This document shows, piece after piece, positions 1 through 10,940 of a stretch of 64,000 bases of DNA. The DNA is taken from the NCBI GenBank assembly GCA_963813685.1, contig CAWEZQ010000014.1, positions 556,182-620,181 on the forward strand, in the 5' to 3' direction. Under the pieces are notes generated by a model. It did no database searches and was not told the origin of the DNA. It saw only the letters and a list, made by a program, of their open reading frames with translations. Position numbers and translations under genes: made by a program. Source of the DNA: an uncultured Solirubrobacteraceae bacterium. Lineage in GTDB: Bacteria; Actinomycetota; Thermoleophilia; Solirubrobacterales; Solirubrobacteraceae. How positions within the stretch are numbered: the stretch's first letter is position 1; the number at the start of each line of letters is the position of its first letter.

Positions 1-3000
1 CGTTTCGAGCGTGACCGCGCCGAATTTGCCGGTGAGCTTCGCGGCGGCCCCGGGGCCCGGCGACCACGCGTATTTGCCTTTGGCGGATTCGGTGACGCAG
101 TTGCCCGCGCTGAAGGTGCCGCCAGAGGCCACTTTCACGCAGCGGCCGATCGAGGGGAGCGCCGGGCCGGCGTTGTACGCGGCGACGGCCGGCAGGCCGA
201 CGTTGCCCTGCTCGTCGATCGCGCGGATCGCCACGTAGCGTTCCGCGCCCTGCGGCAGCGCGAACGACTGCTTCGTGCCCGCGGCCGCCGGAGCCGGGGC
301 GCCGCCCAGCGTCTTCGCGTCCGCGAAGTTCGCCGGCGTGATCGGGTTGGCGGAGGTGACGACCTGGTAGCTCGTCGCCGTGGCGCACATGAGATCGCCG
401 CCCGGCGCGCTGAAGCTGAGCGTGCCTTCGGCCACCGACGCGTGCAGCGGCCTGCCCGGCGGGATCGCGTCGCGGGTGTAGTCGCCGGAGTTGGCGATGT
501 CGTGGTGGAAGTTCGGCCACGAGCTCGGCGAGCACGCGGAGGCGGGCGTGCCGTACACCGAGATCACGCCTTCGCGCGTGATCGATACGACGTCCTTCTT
601 GGCGCTCGCGCTCGTGTCGATGGTGCCGAGCGAGCCGAGCGTGGGCGTGGCCACGGTCCACCCGCCGGTCAGCTTCGGCCACGCCGCGCTCGCGGGCGAG
701 CCCGTTTCGTTGTACGCCTCGAGGTCGAGCGAGGCGGTGCCCGCCACGACCTCCTGTTTGGGCGCTTCGCCGGTGACGTCGCCGACCGTCTCGCCGGTGA
801 TGAACGAGAGGTCGTTGTCCACCGCCGGGAAGCCCGGCGCGAACTGGCTCGTGTCGGGGTTCCACGCGGCGATGAAGTCCTGGCCGCCCTTCTGGTAGTC
901 CGAGGCCACGATGTCGAGCGCCCTGACCAGGCCCGCGGCCGGCGCGAACAGGTCGGTGGTGGTGCCGTTGAGCGTGCCGAACGCCGGCTCGCCGACCGCG
1001 GGGAAGGCGGGCGTGTCGGTCTTGCCGTTGCCGGCGCCGAAGTCGGTCTCGAGCGCGTTGTCGGTGCCGCCGCTCGAGCCGTAGCAGGAGCTGCCGTCGG
1101 GGTTGAGCACGTAGCCCGGCCCCGCATCCGGCGTGACCGCGATCTTCATGCCTTCACCGCCTTCGGGGCACGTGAGCGGCGCGACCACGGGCGAGCCGTT
1201 GATGCCCTCGCCCACGTCCGGCAGCAGGCCCGCGTCGATGATTCCGATCTTCGCCGGCCAGCCGCCTTCGAACGCGGTGGAGCTGCATTTCGCTTCTTTG
1301 CAGGTGAAGCCGCCGGTCGCGCACGAGGACGGTTCGGTGGAGCAGCCCGTGGACTTGATCGCGTACACGCGGCCGTTGGCGAAGCTGAGCAGGCCGGTTT
1401 CGCCGAGCACGCCGAGCGAGCTGGTGGTCAGGTCGCCCGCGTTGATGGCGCCTTCGTTGCCCTGTTTGACGAGGTACTCCTCGTTGCTGCCCACGATGAT
1501 CGTCGGCGGCTTGCCCGCGCCGTCGAGGTCCGCGACGGCCGGCGTGTCAACGAGCTTGCCCTGGTCTTCTTCGAGGTCGGGGTTCGGCGGGGACGTTGGA
1601 GTTGAACGTGGGCTCGTTGCTCGTCGGGTCGATCGAGGCGACCTTTTCGGGGTCCTCGACAACCACCGGGAAGCCGTTCACCGGTTCGCCGCCCACGTGC
1701 CACGCGTACACGTGGCGGTCCTCGCCCGCGGCGATGATGTCGAGCGCCGAGCTGTGTTCGGGGTCCAGCGCGGCGAGCACCGGCGAGGTCACGAAACCCG
1801 CCTCGGTGCGCTCGCGCGGTCCTGCGCGCTGCGGCCTCCCACGCGGGGTGCCCGCCGAGCGGCGCGCCCGAGTAGTCGGGGTCGGAGGTCTCGTGGAAGA
1901 TCAGCTGCCCTTTCGCGTTCCACGCGTACACGTTGCCCTGCAGGTCGTCCGCGACGATGTCCATTTCCCCGTCGCCGGTGAGGTCGCCGGCGGCGGGCGC
2001 CTCGAGCACGGGGTCGTAGTGCGCGGCTGACTCGTCGCCGCTCGTGAACGCCGCCTCGCCCGTGTGCAGCGGCAGCGGGTCGGTGTGCACCGGCCAGCCC
2101 GGCAGGTCGCTGAGGCCGCCGGTCGCGGGGTTGTACTGGTAGGCGTGGATCCAGCCGTCGGAGTTGGCCACGACGAGCTGGTTGGTGTCGTTGCCCGCGA
2201 GGTCCACCAGCACAGGGCTCGCGTCGCCGTCGCCGTGCATTTCCACGGGGAAGCCCTTGAGCGTTTCCGCATCGCGGTGCAGGAACATCTGGCGGCGGTC
2301 CTCGCCCGTCATCGCGGGGCCCGCGGCGTTCGACGCGCTCGACACGACCACGCGCACGGTGAACGCGTACGGCAGCGTGTTGGGGCGCCCGTTGGAGCTC
2401 TGCACGAGCCCGCCGTTCTCGTTGCCCGTCCACGACAGCGGGTCGCCCGGCGGGAACATCGCCTCGAGCGTCGAGGTGCTCACGCTGGCGAGCACGCCAC
2501 GGTGCGCGGTGGCGTGCACGGTGGTGCCGTTGCAGTAGGCCGAGGGCACCGCCGCGAAGTCCCCTCCACCCGAGGTGCTCGCGTTGTTGGGATCCGCCCC
2601 CGGCGCGACTTCGACGCGGCACGTGTATTTGCTGCGCGCGGCGACGTAGCCTTCGACGGAGAGCGAGCTTTCACCCGGGTTCACCTGCTGGAACCATTCG
2701 GGCGAGGTTATTTCGGCTTCGGGCGGGATCCAGCCCTGCGCGGCGGCTTCGACCGACTTGTACCCGTCGAGCCGGCCATAGCCGAAGAACTCGTCCCAGC
2801 CTTTGCGCGAGGGGTAGCGGAACGTGTCGGGCAGCGTGCCGACCACGCCGCCGGCCTGGTCGGCCGCGAAAGTGGTGTTGAGGTTGGGGTCGGTGCAGCC
2901 CGGCGCCATGCCCACGCTGCACGCGGTTTCGGGCTGCGCGGCGGTGTTCACGTCGTCGGCCTGCCCGCCTTCGCCCTCGTCGGCCGGCGCCCTGCCGGAG

Positions 3001-4653
3001 CTCGGCAGGTTCGATCCGAGCGCCGAGGAGTCGTTGACGGGAGTGCCTTCGATGTTGCCGGAGGCGAGCAGCTGCTGCACCTCGTCCGGCGTGATCACGC
3101 ACGGTTCACCGTTCACGCGGGTGCAGTGCGAGGACGGTTTGAGCTTCGTGCCCGCGCCGCCGGAGCACTGTCCGTAGAGCGCGGCGCCGCACGCGTTCAG
3201 CGCGGCGCTGTAGATCAGCCCCGCGACGCCGGAGCTCTTGCCGGTCGCCTCCGAGGAGCACGAGTTCCCCTCGACGGAGAGGTCGACGCGGGTGCCGAAG
3301 TTGGTGCATCCGTCGAGCTGCAGCCACGATGGCGGCGTGCTCTGATTGATGCCGACCCCGCCCTGGCCCACCACGTTGGCGGGGCCGCGCACCGCGTTGA
3401 CCACGATCACGTGCGGCAGCGCGCTCGGCTGGTTGTGGTGTTCGGCGGCCTCGTCGGCCGCCGAGGCCATGATCGTGACGCCGTGGCCGTAGGCGTAGTC
3501 GATCGCTTCGCGCGTGAACTTCGAGTCGTTGTAGGTGCCCGAGCGGCTCCTGGATCACGTCGATGTCGCGGTCGGCCGCGTACAGCACCGCCTCGGCGAA
3601 GCGGTTTGCGTCGGCGACGAACGACTCGCCCACGCGGAGCTCCATCACCTCGCAGTTCGGGCACGTGCCGGAGTCGTTCACGCCGTTGTCGGCTTCGGCG
3701 GCGGAGTCCTCCTCCTCGCCCGTCCCATGGCGGTAGTGCACCTCGTCGTAGGGGTCGTTGTTGTTGTCCACGAAGTTCCAGCCGGCGATGTCGCCGGCGA
3801 AGCCGTTGTGGTCGTGGTCGACGCCGTCGGAGAACGCGATGATCAGGTCCTCGGGCGTGAGCATGCCGGCCGGGCCGTTGCGGCATTCCCTGGTGGTCGG
3901 CGGGTTGCTGCACTGCGGGTAGTTCTCGACCACGTTCGCCACGCGCGAGTCGCACGCGTAGTCGAGCGTGTTGAACGCGCCCTGTTCGAGCACGTCGTAG
4001 GGGATCGGGCCGCTGCCGCCGGGTTTGCCGCCGGGCATCGCTCCGTCGGGGTCGTAGTCGCCGCCGGTCGCGGCGCGCGCGGTTTCGCAGTTCACGTGCG
4101 TGGAGGGGTCGAACGTTTTGCTCATGTCGACCTCGGGTGCGGGCAGCTCGCCGGGGTTGAGCAGGTACTTGCCCCGCAGCTGCAGCATGTCGTTCGGGCT
4201 GCTCCAGATGATTCCCGAGTCGAGCTCGGCGATGCTCACGTCGGGACGCCCCACCGACACCTGGAAGGCGGTGTGGATCGGGGTGCCCGCGGCGATGCAG
4301 GAGCTGGTCCCGGAGGGCATCGTGGCGTTGGGGTCGGTGATGCTCATCCCCATGACGCCGCACAGCTCGTCCATCTGCGAGTTCACCTTCTCGATCTCGG
4401 CTGCTTCCACCGGTTCGCTCGCGGGCGGGATCGCGGGGGTCGCGCCGAAGTGCTGCGTGAGCTCGGTGCCCAGATTCGTCACCGTTTCACCCGGCGCGAG
4501 CTTCCACGTCGACGGTTCGCCGGCTTTGCCCTTGCCGTAGAACGGGAACACCGCGAGCGCCTGCGAGGCGAACACGGCGCACACGATCGCGCCCGTCAGC
4601 GCAGCCAGCGCGGCGCGCACCCAACGAAACCTCGACTGCGTGTCCCCCGACAT
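1..4653 (-). CDS. Large secreted S8 (subtilase) family peptidase with FG-GAP/VCBS repeats; broken by three apparent +1 frameshifts; 3' end runs off the window
   Basis: ATG at 4653 followed by a signal peptide (MSGDTQSRFRWVRAALAALTGAIVCAVFASQALA). Motifs AELDSGI (Asp), DIAGWNFVDNNNDP, HGTG (His), SCSSEATG (putative Ser), FFGYGRLD, and FG-GAP-like DLAGNDTNQLVV, GDLTGDGEMDIV, ADLDGAGKPPTII. Coding-like sequence switches frame near 3540, 1832 and 1590 (track ORFs 3106..4821, 1428..3470, 1547..1792, then an open frame to position 1). Confidence 0.75.
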
Positions 4654-4724
4654 ATGTCCCCCGACTTCTTGTTCGTTCGGCCGCGTACCCGTGGGATCGC
4701 GGCCACTTGCCTGTGGATCGAGGC

Positions 4725-4750
4725 GTACCCGGTATGCGCGGGCTCTAAAC
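4725..4750 (-). promoter_or_regulatory. SigB/SigF-type promoter motif GTTT-N16-GGGTAC upstream of the S8/FG-GAP gene
   Basis: Minus strand reads GTTT agagcccgcgcatacc GGGTAC, about 70 nt upstream of ATG 4653. Confidence 0.5.
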
Positions 4751-4802
4751 GAGCGCCGCGGCGGGTAAGCTCGGCGTGGGGAGCATCGCGGGAGGAGAGA
4801 CA

Positions 4803-5672
4803 GTGCTCGAGGTAAAGACACCGGAAGGACGCACGCTCGCAGTGGAGACCGCCGGCGCCGAGCGCGGCAGGCCGGTGCTCGTCCACAACGGCACTCCCAA
4901 CTCGCGGCTCATCTACGAGGCCTGCGCCGAGGACGCGAGCCGCCGCGGGCTGTGGCTGATCAGCTACGACCGTCCCGGCTACGGCGGCTCGACTCCGCAT
5001 CCGGGGCACACGGTGGCCGACTGCGCCGTGGACGTGCGCGCGATCTGCGCGGCGCTCGGGATCGAGCGGATCGCCGTGTGGGGGATCTCCGGCGGGGGCC
5101 CATACGCGCTCGCGTGCGGCGCGCTGCTCGCCGACCTGGTCGCGGCGGCCGCCTCGCTCGCCTCGCTCGCCCCGTACGGCGCCGAGGACCTCGACTTCTT
5201 CGAGGGCATGGGCGCCGAAAACGCCGAGGACATCCGCCTGCTGCTGAGCGACCCGCAGGCCGCGCGCGCGAAGGTCGAGCGCGACCGCGACGAGATGATG
5301 GCGGTGAGCGCCAAGGACCTCAAAGAGGCCGTCGCGACGCTGCTCACTCCCACCGACGCCGCCGTGCTCGACGGGCCGATGGCGGACTACATCGTGCGCT
5401 GCGCCCACGACGGGCTCGCCCCGGGCGCGGAGGGCTGGTGGGATGACGGCGTGGCGCACATGACCCCGTGGGGCTTCGAGCTGAGTGACATCTCGGTCCC
5501 GGTGCTGCTCCTGCACGGTCGCCACGACCAGTTCGTACCGTTCGGGCACGGCGAATGGCTCGCCGCCCACGTGCCGGGTGTGACACCGATGCTGCTCGAC
5601 GACGACGGCCACCTGACACTGATCGACAGGCACATCGGCGAGGTGCACGAGTGGCTCTCGCAGCACCTGTGA
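4803..5672 (+). CDS. Alpha/beta fold hydrolase
   Basis: GGAGGAG RBS before GTG 4803; HNGTPNSR, YDRPGYGGS, nucleophile GISGGG, LLHGRHD and DGHL motifs. Confidence 0.85.
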   Translation: MLEVKTPEGRTLAVETAGAERGRPVLVHNGTPNSRLIYEACAEDASRRGLWLISYDRPGYGGSTPHPGHTVADCAVDVRAICAALGIERIAVWGISGGGPYALACGALLADLVAAAASLASLAPYGAEDLDFFEGMGAENAEDIRLLLSDPQAARAKVERDRDEMMAVSAKDLKEAVATLLTPTDAAVLDGPMADYIVRCAHDGLAPGAEGWWDDGVAHMTPWGFELSDISVPVLLLHGRHDQFVPFGHGEWLAAHVPGVTPMLLDDDGHLTLIDRHIGEVHEWLSQHL

Positions 5673-5764
5673 CGAAGCTGCTGGTGGGTTGGCTGTGACA
5701 CGCGCCAAGGAGTAACCTCGCCCGACACGCAAAAACACACGCTCACAAGGCGGGGGGCGAGACG

Positions 5765-8700
5765 ATGTTGCGCAGGACAGGACCGACACAGGCAATCGGA
5801 GTCGCGCACGGCGGCACAGTGCGGGTGGCAGCGGGCGTTTCGCCCGCGGGCCGGAAACTCACACGCCCGCCCGCCGCGCTGCTCGCGTCGTGCCTGGCCG
5901 TGGCTGCGCTCGCGATCCTGGCCGTCCAGCCAGTCCACGCACCGCGCTCCGCGTCCTCGCGAACGAGTGAACGCCGGTTCCTGCCCGCCGGGCTGATCGC
6001 GAGCGCCTCGCCGAGCATCGGCGCCTCCGAGCGCTCGCTGTGGCCTGCCCGCAGCGGCGGCTCGCTGATCGCACGCGGCGGCGGCATCAGCGACACCTTC
6101 GCGCCCTCGGGCGCGTCCCTGAAGGTCGCCCAGGGGGTGCTCTCCCTTTCACCCGCGCGCGCCGGCCACGGCGCCTCGGCGCCCGCGTCGGCCGCGGGCG
6201 CGCCGAGCGTGGCGGCGAACGTCGTGAGCTACGGCGGCGCGGCGCTCACCGAGACCTACCGCAACGGCCCGTACGGGCTCGAGCAGTCCTTTGTGCTCGC
6301 GAGCCGCCCGCACGGCGCCGGGCCGCTCGTGATCTCCCAGAGCGCGGGCGGATCGCTGAGACCCGCGCAGGCGGGCTCGGAGATCGCGTTCGAGACGCGC
6401 TCGGGCGCCGCGGCGCTCGGCTACGGCGAGCTCAGCGCCTTCGACGCGACCGGGCGCAGGCTGCCGGCGAGCATGGCGGTGCACGGCCGCACGCTCGAGC
6501 TGCGCATCGATGACCGCGGCGCGGCCTATCCCGTGCGCGTGGACCCGTTCATCCAGCAGGGGCCGAAGCTGGTGGGCGGCGAAGAGGTCGAAGAAGCACA
6601 GTTCGGCGAGAGCGTGGCCATCTCCGGCGACGGCAACACCGCGCTGATCGGAGGCCCCGCGGACAACGGCTCGATCGGCGCGGCGTGGGTGTTCACCCGC
6701 TCGGGCACGACCTGGACGCAGCAGGGACCGAAGCTGACGGCGACCGGCGAGAGCGGGTTCGGGCAGCTCGGCTCGAGCGTCGCGCTGTCGGCCGACGGCG
6801 ACACCGCGCTGATCGGCGCGCGCCGCGACAACCTCGAAACCGGCGCGGCGTTCGTGTTCACGCGATCGGGCTCCACCTGGACGCAGGACGAAAAGCTCAC
6901 TCCGGGCGGCGAACACCAGGGCGAAAGCCAGTTCGGCTACCGCGTCGCGCTCTCGCCCGGCGGCGAAACGGCTCTGGTGGGAGCGCCCGACGACCACGAA
7001 TTCGCGGGCGCCGCCTGGGTGTTCACGCGCTCGGGCTCGGTATGGACGAGGATCGCGCCGAAGCTGACCGGCGCCGGAGAGAGCGGCAAAGGCGAATTCG
7101 GCGAGAGCGTGGCGCTGTCGGAAGGAGGCGCCACCGCGCTGATCGGCGCCAGCGCGGACGAAAGCGGCGTGGGGGCCGCCTGGGCGTTCACCCGCGCTGG
7201 CTCCACCTGGAGCCAGCAGGGGCCGAAGCTGACCGGCGGCGAAGAGGTCGGCAAAGCCCACTTCGGCTTCAGCGCGGCGCTGTCGGCCGACGGCGCAACG
7301 GCGCTGATCGGCGGAGGCGGCGACAACGGCGAAGTTGGCGCCGCATGGGCGTTCACCCGCTCGGGCTCGACGTGGAGTCAGCAGGGCGCCAAGCTGACGG
7401 CCTCCGGCGAGGTCGGCATGGCGCACTTCGGCTTCACGCTCGGGCTCTCCTCGGACGGCGACACCGCGATCATCGCGGGTGGCGGCGACAACAAAGAAGC
7501 CGGCGCCGCATGGATCTTCGGGCGCTCGGGCTCCACCTGGTCGCAGCAGGGGTCGAAGCTGACCGGGGGCGAAGAGGTGGGCAAAGCGCACTTCGGATAC
7601 AGCGTCGCGATGTCCGGCGACGGCGAGACCGCGATCGCGGGCGGGCTCGCCGACAACAACGTGATCGGTGCGGCGTGGGTGTTCAGGAGCGCGCCGCCTC
7701 CGCCGACGGTGACGAGCGTGACCCCCGAATCGGGCCCCGCCGCCGGCGGGACGCCGGTGACGGTGCAGGGCACGGGCTTCGAATCGGGCGCGTCGGTGAC
7801 GATCGGCAGCGCGGCGACCTCCGTGAACGTGATCTCGGAAACGGAACTCACGGCCGTCACCGCGGCTACAGCCGCGGGATCCGACCCGGTGGTCGTGAGC
7901 GACGCCAAAGGCACCTCGACGGGCGGGCCGTCGTTCACCTATCACGCCGCGCCGAAAGTCACGACGGTCACGCCGACCTCGGGTCCGTCGGCCGGCGGGA
8001 CTGTGGTGACGCTGAAAGGCTCCGGCTTCGTGGCGGGCGCCACGGTGACGATCGGAAGCGCGGCGACGTCCGTGACCGTCGTGAGCTCGACGACGATCAA
8101 AGCGACGACCTCGGCGACGTCGCCGGGCTCGGACGAAGTGGTGGTGAGCGACGCGAACGGCACCTCCTCGGGCGGCCCGTCGTTCACGTACACCGCGCCG
8201 GCGCTGCCGGTGGTGACGAGCGTCTCGCCGGTGTCGGGCCCGCAGTCGGGCGGCACCACGGTGACGATAAAAGGGAGCGCTCTGAACACGGGTGGGACGC
8301 CGACCGTCAAGTTCGGGTCGGTGACCGCGACCGAAGTGCTGTCGGCGAGCGCGACGGCCGTCAAAGTCCACTCGCCCGTGGCCGGCTCGCCGGGCGTCGT
8401 GGACGTGACCGTCACGACGGCGGCGGGCACGAGCGAAATCTCGGCGAAAGACCACTACGAATACGTGCCGCCGGCTGCGCCCAAAGTAACGAAAGTCACG
8501 CCGACCTCGGGCCCCACGTCCGGTGGGACGGTGGTGACGCTGAAAGGCACGGGTTTCGTGGCGGGCGCGTCGGTGACGATCGGGAGCGCGGCGACGTCCG
8601 TGAACGTGGTGAGCGCGACGACGATCAAAGCGACGACGTCGGCGACTGCGGCGGGCTCGGACGAAGTGGTGGTGAGCGACGCGAACGGCACGTCCACGGG

Positions 8701-10801
8701 AGGCCCGTCGTTCACCTACACCAATCCGTCTGCGCCGACGGTCACGAAAGTCACGCCGACCTCGGGCCCCACGTCCGGTGGGACGGTTGTGACACTGAAA
8801 GGCACGGGTTTCGTGGCGGGCGCGTCGGTGACGATCGGGAGCGCGGCGACGTCCGTGAACGTGGTGAGCGCGACGACGATCAAAGCGACGACGTCGGCGA
8901 CTGCGGCGGGCTCGGACGAAGTGGTGGTGAGCGACGCGAACGGCACATCCACGGGAGGCCCATCGTTCACCTACACGGTGCCGCCGCCTCCGGTGGTCAC
9001 GAGCGTCTCGCCGGTGTCGGGCCCGCAGACGGGCGGCACCACCGTGACGATCAAAGGCAGCAGGCTGAATGCCGGCGGCACCCCGACGGTGCGCTTCGGC
9101 TCGGTCGCCGCCACCGAAATCCTGTCGGTGGCCGCGGGCACCGTCAAAGTCGTCTCGCCCTCCTCGCCGGTGTCGGGCGTGGTGGACGTGACCGTGACCA
9201 CCTCGGAAGGCACGAGCGAAACGTCGGCGAGCGACCACTTCGAATACGTGCCCGTCGCGCACCCGCCCACCGTCGCGAGCATCGCGCCGGAATCAGGCCC
9301 CACCGCGGGCGGGACGCCTGTGACGATCCACGGGACGGGCTTCCTGGCGGGCGCGAGCGTGACGATCGGGAGCGCCGCCACGAGCGTGGTGATCCACAGC
9401 GAAACGGAAATCACGGCGTACACCGCGGCCACGGCGGCGGGCTCGGATGAAGTCGTCGTGAGCGACTCGAAAGGGACCTCCTCCGGCGGCCCGTCCTTCC
9501 ATTACATAGCCCCGCCGGCCGTCAGCAGCATCTCGCCCGAATCGGGAACGACGCTCGGCGGGACGGCGGTGACGATCCACGGCAGCGGGTTCGTGGAAGG
9601 CGCGACGGTCACGATCGGCTCGGCGGCCACGGCGGTGAACGTGGTGAGCGCGACGACGATCAAAGCGAGCACGTCGGCGACCGCGGCGGGCTCGGACGAA
9701 GTGGTGGTGAGCGACGCGAACGGCACGTCCACGGGCGGCCCGTCGTACACCTACGTGGCGCCTCCGGCGCCGGTGGTGACGAGTGTCGCTCCGGGGTCGG
9801 GCGCGTTCGCGGGCGGGACCACGGTCACGATCAAAGGCAGCAACCTGAACATCGGCGGCACTCCCACGGTGAGCTTCGGCTCGACGGCCGCGGAAGTGAC
9901 CTCGGCCACGGCGACCAGCGTGAAAGCCGTCTCGCCGGCCGGCTCGGCGCCGGGCGTGGTGCACGTGACCGTGACGACGGCCGCGGGGACGAGCGAACCG
10001 AGCGAAGCGGACGAGTTCGAATACCTGCCGCCTCCGCCCCCGGTCACGGTCACCGGCGTCAGCCCCGCGTCGGGGCCCGAAGCGGGCGGGACGCTCGTGA
10101 CGGTCAACGGAACCGGGTTCGTCGAAGGCGCCACGGTGACGATCGGAAGCGCGGCGGGCGAAGTGACGGTCATCTCCGAAACGGAACTGACCGCCAAGAC
10201 CGCGCCCGGCGCGGCGGGCCCGGACGAAGTGGTGGTCAGCGACGAACTGGGCACATCCTCGGAAGGCCCGTCGTTCACGTATCTCGCGCCGCCGAGGGTC
10301 ACGACGGTCACGCCGACCTCGGGCCCGCTCGCGGGCGGCGGTGAAGTGACGATCAAAGGCGCGAACCTGAACGCGGGCGGGACGCCCACGGTGATGTTCG
10401 GCGCGAGCGCGGCGTCGGTGCTCTCGGCCTCCCCGACGACGGTCAGGGTGCTCGCTCCGGCGGCGTCCTCGCCGGGCGTCGTGGACGTGACCGTCACGAC
10501 GGCGGGCGGCACGAGCGAAACGAGCGAAAAAGACGAGTACGAATACCTCGGGCCGCCCACGGTCATGAGCGTGATGCCCGAATCCGGGCCGGCCGCGGGC
10601 GCCACCGCGGTGACGATCGTCGGCAGCGGCTTCCTCGAAGGCGCGAGCGTGACGATCGACGGCGTGCCCGCCGAAGTCCTGACCGTGTCCGCGAGCGAAA
10701 TCACCGCGCTCACCGGGCCCGGCGAACCGGGCACGGGCGAAGTGCAGGTGACGGACGCGAACGGCGCGTCGAGCGGCGGGCCCGCGTTCACGTACGAATG
10801 A
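5765..10801 (+). CDS. Secreted/surface protein: N-terminal domain, 7 FG-GAP repeats (beta-propeller), 12 IPT/TIG domains
   Basis: 1678-aa ORF; hydrophobic segment AALLASCLAVAALAILAV; seven FGxSVAxSxDGxTALIG...GAAWVF repeats; twelve PxVTxVxPxSGPxxGGTxVTIxG...FTY/YEY units. Exact start uncertain. Confidence 0.9.
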   Translation: MLRRTGPTQAIGVAHGGTVRVAAGVSPAGRKLTRPPAALLASCLAVAALAILAVQPVHAPRSASSRTSERRFLPAGLIASASPSIGASERSLWPARSGGSLIARGGGISDTFAPSGASLKVAQGVLSLSPARAGHGASAPASAAGAPSVAANVVSYGGAALTETYRNGPYGLEQSFVLASRPHGAGPLVISQSAGGSLRPAQAGSEIAFETRSGAAALGYGELSAFDATGRRLPASMAVHGRTLELRIDDRGAAYPVRVDPFIQQGPKLVGGEEVEEAQFGESVAISGDGNTALIGGPADNGSIGAAWVFTRSGTTWTQQGPKLTATGESGFGQLGSSVALSADGDTALIGARRDNLETGAAFVFTRSGSTWTQDEKLTPGGEHQGESQFGYRVALSPGGETALVGAPDDHEFAGAAWVFTRSGSVWTRIAPKLTGAGESGKGEFGESVALSEGGATALIGASADESGVGAAWAFTRAGSTWSQQGPKLTGGEEVGKAHFGFSAALSADGATALIGGGGDNGEVGAAWAFTRSGSTWSQQGAKLTASGEVGMAHFGFTLGLSSDGDTAIIAGGGDNKEAGAAWIFGRSGSTWSQQGSKLTGGEEVGKAHFGYSVAMSGDGETAIAGGLADNNVIGAAWVFRSAPPPPTVTSVTPESGPAAGGTPVTVQGTGFESGASVTIGSAATSVNVISETELTAVTAATAAGSDPVVVSDAKGTSTGGPSFTYHAAPKVTTVTPTSGPSAGGTVVTLKGSGFVAGATVTIGSAATSVTVVSSTTIKATTSATSPGSDEVVVSDANGTSSGGPSFTYTAPALPVVTSVSPVSGPQSGGTTVTIKGSALNTGGTPTVKFGSVTATEVLSASATAVKVHSPVAGSPGVVDVTVTTAAGTSEISAKDHYEYVPPAAPKVTKVTPTSGPTSGGTVVTLKGTGFVAGASVTIGSAATSVNVVSATTIKATTSATAAGSDEVVVSDANGTSTGGPSFTYTNPSAPTVTKVTPTSGPTSGGTVVTLKGTGFVAGASVTIGSAATSVNVVSATTIKATTSATAAGSDEVVVSDANGTSTGGPSFTYTVPPPPVVTSVSPVSGPQTGGTTVTIKGSRLNAGGTPTVRFGSVAATEILSVAAGTVKVVSPSSPVSGVVDVTVTTSEGTSETSASDHFEYVPVAHPPTVASIAPESGPTAGGTPVTIHGTGFLAGASVTIGSAATSVVIHSETEITAYTAATAAGSDEVVVSDSKGTSSGGPSFHYIAPPAVSSISPESGTTLGGTAVTIHGSGFVEGATVTIGSAATAVNVVSATTIKASTSATAAGSDEVVVSDANGTSTGGPSYTYVAPPAPVVTSVAPGSGAFAGGTTVTIKGSNLNIGGTPTVSFGSTAAEVTSATATSVKAVSPAGSAPGVVHVTVTTAAGTSEPSEADEFEYLPPPPPVTVTGVSPASGPEAGGTLVTVNGTGFVEGATVTIGSAAGEVTVISETELTAKTAPGAAGPDEVVVSDELGTSSEGPSFTYLAPPRVTTVTPTSGPLAGGGEVTIKGANLNAGGTPTVMFGASAASVLSASPTTVRVLAPAASSPGVVDVTVTTAGGTSETSEKDEYEYLGPPTVMSVMPESGPAAGATAVTIVGSGFLEGASVTIDGVPAEVLTVSASEITALTGPGEPGTGEVQVTDANGASSGGPAFTYE
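8489..8976 (+). repeat. Near-identical intragenic duplication (255-bp period) of IPT domains 4 and 5
   Basis: 8489-8721 matches 8744-8976 apart from a few substitutions. Confidence 0.9.
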
Positions 10802-10840
10802 CCTGACGCCGGGCCGCCGGGCAGGGCTCCCGGGCTCGCG

Positions 10841-10920
10841 CGGCCAGGCTTCTCGCGCTCGCTCGGCCAGGCTTCTCGCGCTCGCTCGGGCGAGGCTTCT
10901 CGCGCTCGCTCGGGCGAGGC
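10841..10920. repeat. Short tandem repeat, about 3.3 copies of a 23-24 bp unit, between convergent genes
   Basis: AGGCTTCTCGCGCTCGCTCGG occurs three times head to tail with no unique spacers. Confidence 0.85.
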
Positions 10921-10940
10921 GTGGGCTGCGCGGCCGGCGC

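Noticed and set aside
4641-4665. 11-bp direct repeat TGTCCCCCGAC around the S8 start codon
   Set aside because: Two short copies overlapping the RBS and first codons; no further support for a regulatory role
6149-9450. Very long alternative-frame ORFs (1037 aa minus, 921 aa plus) over the IPT gene, and similar shadows elsewhere (e.g. 18512-20371, 59729-61552)
   Set aside because: Arg/Gly-rich nonsense translations expected from high GC and repetitive coding; the overlapping frame has clear domain motifs
10841-10920. Possible mini CRISPR array
   Set aside because: Units are contiguous with no unique spacers, and no cas genes are in the window
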